This document shows, piece after piece, positions 19,833 to 31,072 of a stretch of DNA of 64,000 bases. The stretch covers positions 640,001 through 704,000 of the forward strand of contig CBDCJO010000002.1 in the NCBI GenBank assembly GCA_965217865.1, written 5' to 3'. A program made the translations under genes and the position numbers. How positions within the stretch are numbered: position 1 is the first letter of the stretch; each line of letters starts with the position of its first letter. The notes under the pieces were generated by a model. That model made no database searches, had not been told where the DNA came from, and was given only the letters and a program-made list of their open reading frames with translations. Origin of the DNA: Candidatus Latescibacterota bacterium (lineage in GTDB: Bacteria; Latescibacterota; UBA2968; SICM01).

Positions 19833-21359
19833 CAGCCCGTTGAAGAACTACCTTTCAACACACATAAACGGAAAAGACGCCTGGAGTGCGGGTCGGATAA
19901 ATCAAGGTAAGGAGATTGAGCAGGAGACGCTGATAAGAGGTTAAAAAGGTGACCGAGGGCAGCAAAGCGTGATTGTAGGACGAGCAGTAGACGCTGCAAG
20001 GCCTTGGCCAGGTCCTGGAGGGCCTTCGGAGTACCTACGCCCATCACTTTGCGCATGAGCAGAGCCAGGTTGCAGCCCCCGATGTGGATCAGCAAACGCT
20101 TGAGGATATTGCCGCGGTCTCTCAAGTGCAACCTGCGCATGCCACCGGTATCATATGTGTGAGCGATGGTTCTTTCCACCCGTTCTGCACGACTTCGGCG
20201 CAAGGCCTTGCCGCGATCTCCCTTGATCCGGCGTCGATTCGCATATACCGCGGCCTGCTCATCTCGTCGGCCGTTCCACTTGCGGCGTCCCCGATCCGGT
20301 TCTGAAATGTAACTCCGGATGCCGCCTTGCTTCAGACTGGTCAATACATCGTTGCTATGATATCCTTTGTCCGCAACCACCTCCCGTATACGCTGTCTGT
20401 GCAAACGTTTGGCAGCTTTTTCGTCCTTCGCGACCTGCTTGAGATTGAGCGGCGCCTCGAGCAGCGTCCAGGACAACGACTCGGTATCTCCTTCATCTGC
20501 TCCCGACAACGCCACTGCCACAATGGCATTGGTGTCCAGATCCACCGCGTGCTCCACCTTGTGCGCCATGTGCGTGCGACCGTCCTTCATCTTAGCGATC
20601 TTGGCATCCGGGTCGTGCGGGTGCTCCCAGTCCTGGTTCGATCCCTTCTTCGGTCGCTTCTTATCGATCTTGGACAAGTCCTCGCGGGTAGGCGTTTCAA
20701 TGCCCGAGGCCTTGGCCAGATTCTCAAGGAATGCCTGGTAGCCTTCACCCGTGTCACGGCGTACAATGCTGCGCATCGCGGCGTTGGCCTCCAGTGTCGT
20801 AGCATCCACGCCCAACGTCTTCCCCTTCACCAGACCCGCTTTGCACAAGACCCTCAGGATCCACTTGAAAACCGCTTCGTGAACTTCCAAGGGAAGCCGA
20901 TGCCGGATGCGAGACAGGCTGGAATGATCCGGGGTCTGTTCGTCAAGGGCATACCCCAAAAACCGGCGCAACGTCAGCGAGTCAGATACACGCCATTCGA
21001 TCCCACGTTCCGAATCAAGTCCCTCGAAATACCCAATCAAAAGCATCCGAAAATAAACCCCGGGCGGAATGCCCTTGCGACCCATATGAGGAGCGTAATA
21101 CCGCTGGCAAAGCCCTTCGACGAACTCGTCGAACCCGTTCGCCTCCAATACCTGATTCAGCTTCTCGTAGAACGGATGACCCGGAGATTTCACCAAAGTG
21201 TTCGATGCGATGAACAGGTTTTCCTGTCTCTGTCGTCCTCGTTTTCCCATTGCCATTTGCTCGTCCTCCCTTCTCAGTTTGAACCTGATATATCATAGGA
21301 CCAAACCACAAGGAAAGACAACAGTCATCTTGGCATAAACGCACTTTTTCAACAGGCTG
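19833..21359 (-). mobile_element. IS1182/IS5-like insertion sequence, copy 2 (475-aa transposase 19829-21256)
   Basis: Near-identical to copy 1 but 1 bp longer, so the ORF reads through the TIR and stops in the flanking TAG. Confidence 0.93.
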
Positions 21360-21367
21360 CTATGGGT

Positions 21368-21865
21368 CTATTCAAGGAGGAGCTGCCGGCTGACTTCTAT
21401 TGGTAACTCATAATCGAGCGGCCCACAGAGGGTTTCAGCAAGCTCGCGATCAAGGTCGATCAATGAAACCGGCCAACCCCAATGGCTGACCATGGCACGC
21501 ACCCCCAATGAGAAATCGCGCATCGAGCCGAGCACGCTGCGACTGGCGGTCCGATCAAACCGGGCACAGCCCATCTCCTGGAGTTCCTCCGCAATTCGTG
21601 GGCACGAGACGTCAAAAGAACGCAGAAGGGCCTCGAGAGATGCCGCGAGCCGATCCGGCAATCCTGGCAAGTTCTTAGCGGGCACAACAACGCTCAGAAG
21701 AGATCGTTCACTTGTGCAAAGGACCAGCCGTGTGTGTCCGATGTTCAGACGGTTCGCGTACCAGTCTCCCAACCGTGTCGTCGGCTCCGGTGCGTTTCCC
21801 ATGTCGCTCGGGGCGAGAGACCCAAGCCTTTTCAGCAATGGCTGCGTACACCTGATGTTGTACAT
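21368..21865 (-). CDS. DUF6933-like protein
   Basis: MYNIRCTQPLLKRL, LGDWYAN, RTASRSVLGSMRD. Confidence 0.65.
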   Translation of the reverse strand: MYNIRCTQPLLKRLGSLAPSDMGNAPEPTTRLGDWYANRLNIGHTRLVLCTSERSLLSVVVPAKNLPGLPDRLAASLEALLRSFDVSCPRIAEELQEMGCARFDRTASRSVLGSMRDFSLGVRAMVSHWGWPVSLIDLDRELAETLCGPLDYELPIEVSRQLLLE

Positions 21866-21948
21866 AGGAGATTGTGTTCCGGTTGACTTCCTTCCAAGAC
21901 TACGCGAGACCTCGGTGTGGCCACCCTCGATGTCCGAAGATCCAGCGT

Positions 21949-22702
21949 TCATTCATTTGGTTTTTGTGCTACTGCAATTAATCTCTTAGAATCTACACCA
22001 TATTCTTCCCCATCCAGGCTTCCATACAACCTGAGGTTTTTGAAACCCGTTTGTTCCAAACGGTCCTTCAATTCTTGACCTGAATATATCGAATGCTCGA
22101 ATGCGAAAGTTCGAGTTTCACCGTCCTTTATGAGAATCCACTCGGTTTTGATTCGACCCCAATCCTTGACCACCTCACGGCGTTGAACCAGAATGGTCCC
22201 ATCTTCCTCGTCGCTTGAAGAAGTGGGTTGAAAAACCTTTGCGAGCCACTCCTTGCTAACCACGTCTATCAGGCACGAACCACCCGGTTTGATACTCCGA
22301 TAGATATTTCGTAAGACCCTGAGATTGTCATCTTCCTTTTCGAAATATCCGAATGATGTAAACATGTTTAGAACCAAATCATACGATGCGTCACGCACAA
22401 AATCTCTCATGTCCTTCTGAACCCATTCAACTTGCACGCCTTCAGCAATTGCCCTTTCTCGTGCCTTCTTCAAAAGAAATGGTGTTATGTCTACCGACGT
22501 AACCTTGATACCACGTTTGGCCAGTAATACAGAGTGTCTCCCGGGTCCACAACATAGATCCAGGATTGATTCCCCCTGAAAATCCACAAGCTGAAGGATG
22601 TTCTCAACCTGTTCCTCGGCCCGTTCAAACCTGTCCCCTGCTTGGGAACATATAAGGGTAGACAGTTGCCCAGAACTCTTCGTTTTCAAACCATTCGGTC
22701 AT
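21949..22702 (-). pseudogene. Class I SAM methyltransferase with an N-terminal frameshift
   Basis: ILDLCCGPGRH, NMFTSFGYF. The natural start MTEWFENEEFW (22702) is in another frame. Confidence 0.8.
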
Positions 22703-22746
22703 GAATTCTAAGATTGCATTTAACGGTCAACAAGCTCAACCAGCCC

Positions 22747-23514
22747 TCAGGTTTTCCTGGTTCTTGGAGTTGGCTTCTGTGCCTTAAATATACCGGTAGC
22801 TTTGGTGATATGAATAACACCGTGCGCAACCAAAGGCTCCACTTCAGTAATTGCTAAAGAATCTTCATATCGATGTTGTTCAACGTTTGAAAACCACTGG
22901 GAGACCTCCGGCCAACCTGACTCAAGGCTGAATCCGACTTCAGGGACGCCATAAGCCTTTGGGGCCACCTGCTTCACCCATTCTCGAAGTTCCCGATTGC
23001 TTTCGATTCCATTTGTCGTTGCATAGAAATACCCGCCAGGTTTCAAAACCCTGCTAATCTCCGAAAAGGCTTTGGGCCTATCCGGCACATGATAGAGCAT
23101 GTGGTTAGCAATCACAGCATCAAAGGTCTCATCTCCAATTGGAATCGACCGAACATCACCTGCTTCAAACCTGAACACACGAGGATTATACCTTAGGTTC
23201 TTCCGAGCCTCCCGTACCATCCCCGGAGAGAGATCCGCCAGAGTTATGTCCCATCCTTCAGGGATACGGTCGATGTTATTAACCCATAAAAGGCCAGGGC
23301 CACAACCTACATCGAGGATGCGGCCTTGTGATGGGAGATTGAGTCGATCGAACACCCAACGAGGCCATCCATATTTGTTTGTGCTGAACCGCTCGTGAAG
23401 GTCGATTCGCGCGTGCAAATTTGACGAATTCTTATATTGATCGGATACGAACGTTGGATCTGATAATCTATGCACTCGCTCCTCCAGAACCTCAATGGTC
23501 ATCGATGTCAACAA
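22747..23514 (-). CDS. Class I SAM methyltransferase (start uncertain; C-terminus may be shortened)
   Basis: ILDVGCGPG, VIANHMLYHVPD, RVLKPGG. Confidence 0.82.
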   Translation of the reverse strand: MLTSMTIEVLEERVHRLSDPTFVSDQYKNSSNLHARIDLHERFSTNKYGWPRWVFDRLNLPSQGRILDVGCGPGLLWVNNIDRIPEGWDITLADLSPGMVREARKNLRYNPRVFRFEAGDVRSIPIGDETFDAVIANHMLYHVPDRPKAFSEISRVLKPGGYFYATTNGIESNRELREWVKQVAPKAYGVPEVGFSLESGWPEVSQWFSNVEQHRYEDSLAITEVEPLVAHGVIHITKATGIFKAQKPTPRTRKT

Positions 23515-23550
23515 AAAAAGGAAGATAAGCTTGGCAGTTTTGGATGTGAG

Positions 23551-24066
23551 TCATACCGCATCCACTACCCCAACTTTGTCGGGAGACAGGAAAACTTCCT
23601 GTCCTTCACCTCGATGAGGAGGCATTTTACTAATACAAAGCATCAGAAAGAGAAGGCCTTTTCCATATGAAGAAAGCTCGTAATGGTTCCTCTTTGAGGT
23701 TTCAAGAAGATACGAGGTTAGAGCGAGTTCTTTCAGGTGGTGCTGTAACTGGCCTGGTTTCATGCCTGTCTTTTCTTTGAGATCTGAGAAAGTGTGGTGG
23801 CCTTCATATATGGCCTTCATTAAATGAACGCGTTGTTCATTGGAAAATGCGGTTGCAATACGTGCAACCTCAAATTCTGAACAATCGAGGTTCTTTATCG
23901 AAGATCCGTTCAGTGAAGAACCTTCAAACCAGAAGGTTGTGTCCGATTTCGTTTTGGGTAAGATTAATTGATATGAGACCCATCCTTCCCCTTCTCCAAG
24001 GTGTTTACAGAGTTTTCGATACACTCGATCCAAAGATTTCATGTCTTCTTGAAATTTTTCGGACAT
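23551..24066 (-). CDS. Winged-helix (ArsR-like) transcriptional regulator
   Basis: AFSNEQRVHLMKAI, GQLQHHLKEL. GGAGG RBS. Confidence 0.75.
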   Translation of the reverse strand: MSEKFQEDMKSLDRVYRKLCKHLGEGEGWVSYQLILPKTKSDTTFWFEGSSLNGSSIKNLDCSEFEVARIATAFSNEQRVHLMKAIYEGHHTFSDLKEKTGMKPGQLQHHLKELALTSYLLETSKRNHYELSSYGKGLLFLMLCISKMPPHRGEGQEVFLSPDKVGVVDAV

Positions 24067-24116
24067 TCCGCCACCTCCGATTTGAATAAAACATAACGAT
24101 ATATTGGAATACCCAT

Positions 24117-24145
24117 ATTCTAGTAAGTTTGTAGATCCTTGTCAA
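24117..24145 (-). promoter_or_regulatory. sigma70 promoter
   Basis: TTGACA-N17-TAGAAT upstream of the wHTH gene. Confidence 0.7.
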
Positions 24146-24173
24146 GCCAATATGTTTATGCTTTTCGCAAATC

Positions 24174-24782
24174 TTACTCGGATCGGGTCAAGGATGGGAT
24201 CTTATATACCACCAGATCCAAAGTCTTACTGTCAGGCCTTTCGGTAGTGCCTTTCTTGAAAACCTCCCCCCCGAGAGCTTCAGGAATTCTTATACTGGCC
24301 TGATTTCTACGATCTACCGGATAGATGAGATATTCATAATCCAGGTTTTCGTCAGCCCACCTTTTCAAACCAAAGATGGCTTCCTTCCCGTAGCCATTAC
24401 CGTGTGAACGAGACTTGATCCATATTCCAAGCTCGGGAGTCTTCGGCTTTCCTTGACCGTGGAGTCCGCAGCAACCCAGGAACTCTTCTGAGTCCCGGTT
24501 TAAGATTACAAATTGTAGATTGTCACCTTTTCTCATACTCTTTAGGGAATCTTCGATGAACTCTAAAGTCTCATCAATACTTTTACTGGGGCTCGGACCC
24601 ATATATCGTGTGACTTCAGCCGTAAATTCCTTGAACATGCCTTCCGCGAATTCGGGAGAGGTTGGCAGTAGCTTGAGTCTACTCGTCTTAATTTCGACGT
24701 GCAAACAATCAATACGTTTTCCTTGCCTCGAAATGAATGGTTTACCCTGCGGTTCGGCCGCATCGCTCATCGTAGGCCTCAA
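24174..24782 (-). CDS. GNAT acetyltransferase (RimJ/RimL-like)
   Basis: ELGIWIK...HGNGYGKEA, NQASIRIPEALG. Confidence 0.85.
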   Translation of the reverse strand: MRPTMSDAAEPQGKPFISRQGKRIDCLHVEIKTSRLKLLPTSPEFAEGMFKEFTAEVTRYMGPSPSKSIDETLEFIEDSLKSMRKGDNLQFVILNRDSEEFLGCCGLHGQGKPKTPELGIWIKSRSHGNGYGKEAIFGLKRWADENLDYEYLIYPVDRRNQASIRIPEALGGEVFKKGTTERPDSKTLDLVVYKIPSLTRSE

Positions 24783-24805
24783 GTTTGGCGCTGCAAAGCG
24801 TCATT

Positions 24806-25348
24806 TCATGTTTGTTCGGAGAATGGAATGTTTAACGATCTGAGTTCGGATATTACAGCGTCCAGGTCATCAACATATACCAGTTCAATATTCCACCTGG
24901 CAATTGCTTCCGACATTGTGATTGTTTCCTTATGAATTGCAGTCTTCGGCGATCGCGCAATATACTCATTGCTTGGGACGTATTCAAACCCCTCTTCATT
25001 GAACGTGAACACCGTGGGTGAAAAGGACTCAACAGAGATTCTATTGTTTCCCTCTGTAATAATCAGCGCTTTTTTACCGCAATCTATGTCTAGAGATGTC
25101 GAGCGAAGAAGATCAATATGTTCTGCGGTTAACCAGATCCTGATTCGTCGAACCTTCGGAAGAAGGTGAATGTTTATTTCATTGAAGCCGCCAACATATA
25201 AAACTTCATCGCACACGTACCCTTCCTTTTGTCTTGGTGAGCTGCTTTTCCAATCCTCTGTGCGCCAAAATCTCTTTGGCGTGAATGTCATATCCTGATC
25301 TGGATGGCTAACTTTATAGAGCATGGGACGCGTCAACTTGATAGGCAA
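24806..25348 (-). CDS. Hypothetical protein
   Basis: 180-aa ORF within a tightly packed co-oriented run. Confidence 0.55.
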   Translation of the reverse strand: MPIKLTRPMLYKVSHPDQDMTFTPKRFWRTEDWKSSSPRQKEGYVCDEVLYVGGFNEINIHLLPKVRRIRIWLTAEHIDLLRSTSLDIDCGKKALIITEGNNRISVESFSPTVFTFNEEGFEYVPSNEYIARSPKTAIHKETITMSEAIARWNIELVYVDDLDAVISELRSLNIPFSEQT

Positions 25349-25516
25349 TTATCCTCTTCTCTTCGGCCGCTTGGGGGGAAGAGACACCACGGGATGACCG
25401 TACTCCTCCTCTTTCTTCTTTAGATCTGCACAAATGGCCTTCAGGTTGTAATTCAAGCCAGCCGCGTGGGCCTCACGGATTCGCCAAATCTCGTCGACAA
25501 TTGGATCGAACTTCAT
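25349..25516 (-). CDS. Small protein of the type found downstream of PIN toxins (putative antitoxin)
   Basis: Not in the ORF track: MKFDPIVDEIWRIREAHAAGLNYNLKAICADLKKKEEEYGHPVVSLPPKRPKRRG, with GGAGG RBS. It overlaps an upstream PIN-like C-terminal remnant (..VACSPEEI..). Confidence 0.65.
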   Translation of the reverse strand: MKFDPIVDEIWRIREAHAAGLNYNLKAICADLKKKEEEYGHPVVSLPPKRPKRRG

Positions 25517-25704
25517 AATTGGCCTCCAATCTCCTCAGGAGAACAGGCAACTGGGTCATCCATGGACAACAAGTCGTTTTTATCCATAGGGTTATGGAAG
25601 GCCAGTAAGGTGGGTTCCTTTAATCCTTGGAAAACAAACGCAAAGCCGTTATTTTTTTAATGATCCAGGCGGTAGAACCTCAGCCAACAGACTAAAAGAC
25701 TGGC

Positions 25705-25935
25705 ATGGCAAATGTCGATAAGCTTCTAACTCGAATACTGAAGAGAATTTCTGATGCAAATATTCAATTTCGAGACTTGTGCCAGTTGCTTAGACAATTG
25801 GGATTTGAAGAACGCATTCGGGGTAGCCATCATCTTTTCCGAAAGCAGGGGATTGAAGAGAAAATCAATATCCAACGCGATGGCAATAAGGCGAAAGTCT
25901 ACCAACCCCGTTCAGGGAGCAGCACGAAAAATTAA
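25705..25935 (+). pseudogene. hicA: HicA-family toxin, C-terminus altered, no hicB
   Basis: LGFEERIRGSHHLF...INIQ..GNKAKVYQ. Confidence 0.78.
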
Positions 25936-25991
25936 TTCGGGATAGTGGGACACCGGGATAGAACAGCGTATTAAAAACTAGGTTCCTCAGG

Positions 25992-26020
25992 AAGCCGCAT
26001 CTATTCAGATGCGGCTTTTT
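25992..26020 (+). terminator. Intrinsic terminator
   Basis: aagccgcatct-attc-agatgcggctt followed by a T tract. Confidence 0.7.
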
Positions 26021-26245
26021 CTATACGATAAATCTAAGAATGGCTTTGATCTTTAAAAAATATTGCTCGCTTTGTGCTGGTAGCCGTCCAGAATAGCGAT
26101 AACCGTCCATGATTTGATGCTGCAATAGGCTTATATTTTATACGGGGGCGCTTCCTTGTGTGCTGTCAATGGATTGGTCTCACACCAGGTTAATCGCCTT
26201 ACTACCTATGGGCGGGTAGGCGAAGCGCCCCTGGATCAATTTTCA

Positions 26246-27125
26246 ATGGAAGAAACAAAAATGGACACAGAAGATCACAAATTACCTGTCTCTGAGGACG
26301 TCCAACAACTCGAAGTTGAAGAGGTCCCGACACCGGGTGGAAAAGGCCCAATTCAAATCGACGAAAGGAATCTTAGGGTTTCGGGTAATGTATCCAGTGG
26401 CGCGGTTATTCGAGGCCAGGGCGGAGTGTCCATACGCGGGAAAGTTTCAGGGAGTTCGAGGCAGCGGTGCCTGATTGAAGTTGGAGGAGATATCATTGTT
26501 GGGGATGATGTGGAGTTTGCACGGATCAGGTGCCGCTCTTTGAAAGTTGAAGGAAACCTGGACAACGCAGAGGTTTTGTCAGACAGAGAGTTGGAACTTG
26601 AAGGCGATTTAGGGGATGTTGAAGTTCAGGTAGGAATGTGGGGCCAGGAATCCAATCAACTCAACGGCCTATCGAAGAAAATATCGCATTTGGAGTCAGA
26701 GGTGAATGGTTTTGAAGGTCGAATACGTATGGCAAGCCGGCGATTCTTTCGGGACTATAAGAAAAAGAGATAATTTACTTGCCAGTATCAAGGAAATAGA
26801 AATGTTACAGGAACATCTATTCGACATGATAAAGGCTCCGACTCCCTGGGGGGTAATTGTCAAAGGTAAGATTAAGCCTAAGACGATAATTCGTCTAATA
26901 CAGTTTGGTCTGAAGGAAGGAGAAGAGGGAGGTGAGAAGGATAGTCCAAAGTTGGAGCGCCGCACAGCACAGCTCAGAGTTGGATCCCCGGATGAGGACG
27001 TGCTGAGTTTGAACCTGTTGTCTACAGAAGGTGCGTCGTCCGTTAAGGATAAAGTAACTCAAGCAGAGCTCTCTGCTGTTCGCGTATCTCTACACGATGG
27101 CCTGCCTGTATGGAATCCTATATAG
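26246..27125 (+). pseudogene. FapA/DUF342-like beta-helix protein, frameshifted or deleted near 26760
   Basis: NLRVSGNVSSGAVIRGQGGVSIRG repeats, coiled coil, IVKGKIKPKTII in a second frame. Confidence 0.5.
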
Positions 27126-27229
27126 AAAGGGGGTGCTCCTGGGTGGGCTGTCACGTCCAGCCACAAACCCACTATGGACTAGCGGAGCACCTCCTGAACA
27201 CAGATCTGTTTTTTTAGAGGAACCATAAA

Positions 27230-27604
27230 GTGAACAATAAACCCAAACGCATCCTGGTTCTTGACGACGAGCAAGCTATCCTGGAGGTGCTCGCCAAATA
27301 TCTCCGGAAGCAGAACTTCGAACCCTTCATAACCTCAAGTTGGACAGAGGCCATTGAGCAGATTTCGAACAATCCCCCGGACTTAATCCTGCTTGACATC
27401 AAAATGCCGACTATTCAGGGGGATACAGTATTGGAATATATCCGTCAATATAGTAAAACACTGCCGGTAATAATCATTTCAGGTTTTCTTGACCCAGAGA
27501 AGATGACAGCGCTACGTGAGTTGGGAGCAAATGGTTTCGTGCCTAAGCCTTTCGACCTTGATAAGCTCCATTCGATAATCAAAATGGCCATAAAGGATTC
27601 ATAG
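27230..27604 (+). CDS. Single-domain response regulator
   Basis: ILVLDDE, DLILLDIKMP, IIISG, KPF. Confidence 0.9.
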   Translation: MNNKPKRILVLDDEQAILEVLAKYLRKQNFEPFITSSWTEAIEQISNNPPDLILLDIKMPTIQGDTVLEYIRQYSKTLPVIIISGFLDPEKMTALRELGANGFVPKPFDLDKLHSIIKMAIKDS

Positions 27605-27763
27605 TTAGGTCTATCGAGTATACGGGGGTAGCCAGTATATGAGAGGGACCGGGCTTTTCGGTCCCTTATCTTATTTTCACCAGATCCCGACAAAACCCCA
27701 GATCCTTCTAACTGCCAAGATCGTGCTTGACATCAAGGCATCAAATTGCTTATGTTTTGATGT

Positions 27764-28012
27764 ATGAGAACGACGCTGACAATTGACGAGGACGTGGCCA
27801 TACAGATCGAGCGAATTCGCCGGTCCGAGGAAGTCAGCCTAAAGGAGATCGTCAACCGGCTCTTCAGGCTAGGCCTGAAGGGCTTGAGCGAACCGCCTCC
27901 CAGGCGAAAGGCGGTTCGCACCCGATCCGTTCGGTTAGGCCGCTGCCTGATCGGCAGTGTAGATGATGTGGCGGAGGCCTTAGCCGTGGCAGAAGGCGAA
28001 GGCTATCGTTGA
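27764..28012 (+). CDS. vapB: VapB-type antitoxin
   Basis: MRTTLTIDEDV (RHH). Overlaps the toxin start. Confidence 0.85.
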   Translation: MRTTLTIDEDVAIQIERIRRSEEVSLKEIVNRLFRLGLKGLSEPPPRRKAVRTRSVRLGRCLIGSVDDVAEALAVAEGEGYR

Positions 28013-28437
28013 GGCTCGTCGATGCCAACCTGCTGGTGTACGCCCACGTGGATGGCTCGGCTCAGCATAAGCCAGCGCACGCTTGGCTGGATCGCATGCT
28101 GAACGGCCTTGAGCCCCTGGGACTCCCGTGGGAAAGTCTGCTCGGGTTCGTTCGCCTCGTATCCAACCCTCGCGTATTTGAGCGACCTGAGCCCATAACG
28201 GACGCCTGGAAGCAAGTCGACATGTGGTTGGACGCCTCCTCGGGTTGGATTCCCCTACCAACGAATCAACACCGGGAGATCCTGGCAGATCTGCTCATCA
28301 CCGAGGGCCTCAGGGCGAACCACGTTCCTGATGCGCATCTCGCTGCACTGGCGATCGAGCACGGCTTGGTGCTCTGCTCCACAGATGACGATTTCTCCCG
28401 CTTCGCCGACTTACGCTGGGAGAATCCTCTTCGGTAA
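28009..28437 (+). CDS. vapC: VapC PIN toxin
   Basis: LVDANLLVYA, DAHLAALAIEHG...STDDDFSRF. Confidence 0.9.
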   Translation: MRLVDANLLVYAHVDGSAQHKPAHAWLDRMLNGLEPLGLPWESLLGFVRLVSNPRVFERPEPITDAWKQVDMWLDASSGWIPLPTNQHREILADLLITEGLRANHVPDAHLAALAIEHGLVLCSTDDDFSRFADLRWENPLR

Positions 28438-28506
28438 GGAAGCCTCGGAACCCTGGATGTGGTGCCAAGGATCGATATTTCACTCTAATAGAAAAGGGTC
28501 GTGAGA

Positions 28507-29055
28507 CTAAAAACTCACGACCTTTATCATTTGACGAGTTTTATTCTGCTCCCGGACTATCAGCCTGTCAAGCATCCAAGCACCTGCGAATAGAGCGCTG
28601 TGAACCAGGTCCGGGCGACGGTTGAGCGCAACGAAGCTAATGAGGCCACCCATGCTATGCCCCACAACCTGGATCTTGGCTCCCTCGTACTGTTGGCTCA
28701 GTGTCTCCAGAAACACAACAAACTTGTCACCAGTCTCGAGATTGTCTCGACGCCAGTCGTAGGCGAAGGAATGAACCGGCCGTCCGGATCCCACCGCCCA
28801 ATCCAGAAAAGAGGCGTAGATGTCCTGCCCGGCCACCGTGCGCAATGGTGTTGTCGGGACAAGCTCATCGAAGTGCTGAACATCTCCTTCCCAATGAATT
28901 GGCAAACTCAAATCAGGAGAGCTGAGTCCCAGTGCCTGCCACCAGGTGATCCAGCGCCACCGACCTTTCGAGTCGGATAATGCGCTCCCTTTGAAACCAT
29001 GGATGAAGACTAGGGGAAGAAGTGGCTTCCCTGTCCTGATTTTTCTCGCTTCCAT
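28507..29055 (-). pseudogene. Alpha/beta hydrolase (LCAT-like), C-terminally truncated
   Basis: VFIHGFKGS, FAYDWR, VVGHSMGG. Ends shortly after the nucleophile. Confidence 0.75.
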
Positions 29056-29132
29056 AAACCTTGTGGTCCTGGTAATCGTCCGGGATTACTTATCCCTATA
29101 TGCCAGCTGTTCAACAGGTCAAATAGGCGACA

Positions 29133-30165
29133 TCATGCCGAGTGTTCGCTACTCAGGCCGACCACTCGGGCCTTGTCGGCCAGCCGCAACGCCCTCCGCA
29201 CCATCAGTCCTTTGAGTCGGGTAAACGGCTTCCAAGCTAGGATTAGTAACTGGCCAAGGTCTACCGGGTGTCTTGTGAGCAACTCGGGGCCGTTCTTGGT
29301 AACCAGCACCGTATCGGAGTGTCGGACACCGCCGATGTCACGCAAGTAGATGCCTGGTTCGACGCTAATCACCATATTTTCGGCCAACCGGTCCTCACGC
29401 CTTCCGCTATCCAGGGCGCTTCATGGTTGCCGAGTCCGAATCCGTGCCCGGTGCGGTGCAATCGCTGGTCTTCGCCGTTGTATCCTTCCTTCCGTAAATA
29501 ATCGTTCACCACGGAGTCAAGGTCGCTGCACGGCAAACCTGGTCGAATTATGCCGAACGCGATGCGGCGGGCCTCCATCATGGCCGCAAAGGTCTTGCGA
29601 GCCTCGGTTGATGGCGCTGCGGTGAAATATGATCGTTCGCACTCTGCAGCGTACCCGTTAACCCGGGTAAGCACCATCGCGACATGCGGCCCTTCACCGA
29701 GCCGGTCATTGAGGTCCGGGACCGAGTGCGGGCATTGCACTGCGAGGCGCGGCCCATGTCGCCATCACTACTTTGGTAGTCAACGCCTCCCAGTCATGGA
29801 CTTCGCGGATGATTCGGGAGGTCACCTCCCGGGTTTCGGCGAAACCCTCCGCAACAGTCGCCCCGAAATAGGATGCTGCCAGCAACGCTCCACCCCGAAG
29901 TCGGCGTATTGAGCGGCCCGCCGGATCATCTTGATCTCGGCTTCGGACTTAACCAGGCGCAGTCTTTCGACAAGCGGTTCTACCCGGAGCGAATAGTCGT
30001 GAAGCTGAAGGGCGATCTCTTGCCGGAGTCCTGGCTCAACACCGATCTCTTGAATGTTGCCGATATGATCCCTTAAGCGACCCGGCCAGTCTCGACCTGC
30101 GGGGGCGGGGTAATCCCAATAGGTATGGATATTCTCCACCGGGATATTGTGAGCCTTTTTCATAT
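29133..30165 (-). pseudogene. M24 Xaa-Pro peptidase, multiply frameshifted and 5'-truncated
   Basis: LRLVKSEAEI, HRTGHGFGL..HEAP and SVEPGIY...GVRHSDT lie in three different ORFs. Confidence 0.82.
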
Positions 30166-30359
30166 GCTCGTGTCGCTCATCGCGGGGACCACGGGCACCC
30201 CCAAGCCAATTGGAAGAGATCCGCACCAGCAGCACGTGCTGCATCGCAGAAGCGATCTCGTGCGGTGACATAATCTGAAGAGAAGGTATCTGACGCCATA
30301 AGGTTGTTTTTCCCTTGGGTGACAGTGAGGATAACTATGAATAGCACCGCGATTTTCAT
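30166..30359 (-). pseudogene. Secreted DUF2817/M14-like protein, N-terminal fragment
   Basis: Signal-like start followed by FSSDYVTARDRFCDAARAAGA. GGAGG RBS. Confidence 0.55.
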
Positions 30360-30375
30360 GGGTCACCTCCGCAAC

Positions 30376-30388
30376 TTAACAGCGTTAA
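30376..30388. promoter_or_regulatory. Putative TetR operator 2
   Basis: TTAAC-AGC-GTTAA. Confidence 0.6.
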
Positions 30389-30433
30389 CTGTCCAGGCAA
30401 AAAAAAGACTGCCTTTGTCAAATGTCTAAAAAT

Positions 30434-31039
30434 CTATACCTTCAAACCTTCGATCATCGTATCGATCACCTGGTTGACCAGTTTGTCTCTCTCAACCCAG
30501 GGAAAATCGGGAAACGTGATGATCAAGGACGTGACACCGTGGACCGCTGACCACACCGCTTGACCGGTGGTTTCGACATCCACCTGGCGGAATTTCTCCT
30601 GTCGAATACATTCTCTGACCACCGCGTGCAGGTAGTCAAACATCATTGTGGCGGGGGAGCCTTCTGGCAGGCCTAAGCCCTTCTGGTACTGGGGACGGAG
30701 GATAAACGTCAGTTTGTAATCCTCCGGATATTTAAGGCCAAATTCGGCATATGCCCGTGCGCATTTTCGCAGGGCCTCGACTGGGTCGCTCAGATCTTGA
30801 AAGAGCGTCTCAAGCGTGTTTAGCAAGTTTCTGTGCGTTTCGTCGCAGACAGAAGCCAGGAGTTCTGCTTTGTTTTTGAAATAAAGGTAGATCGTCGTCG
30901 GAGAGTACTCGATCTTATCCGCAACCTTTCGCATGGAGACGTTCTCGTAGCCTTCATTTACGAAAAGTTCTCGTGCCTCATCGATGATTAGCTGGCGCAG
31001 CTTTCCTTTGTCCCTGGCTCTGCGTTCTTGAACACCCAT
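30434..31039 (-). CDS. TetR/AcrR regulator (WHG-type C-terminus)
   Basis: GYENVSMRKVADKIEYSPTTIYLYFKNK, WSAVHG. Confidence 0.93.
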   Translation of the reverse strand: MGVQERRARDKGKLRQLIIDEARELFVNEGYENVSMRKVADKIEYSPTTIYLYFKNKAELLASVCDETHRNLLNTLETLFQDLSDPVEALRKCARAYAEFGLKYPEDYKLTFILRPQYQKGLGLPEGSPATMMFDYLHAVVRECIRQEKFRQVDVETTGQAVWSAVHGVTSLIITFPDFPWVERDKLVNQVIDTMIEGLKV

Positions 31040-31072
31040 ATATCCTTGCTTTCAATTTGTGTCGTTAATTTA

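Noticed and set aside
15832-25348. Integron cassette array
   Set aside because: Genes abut or overlap, no paired RYYYAAC...GTTRRRY attC sites are visible, and there is no integrase.
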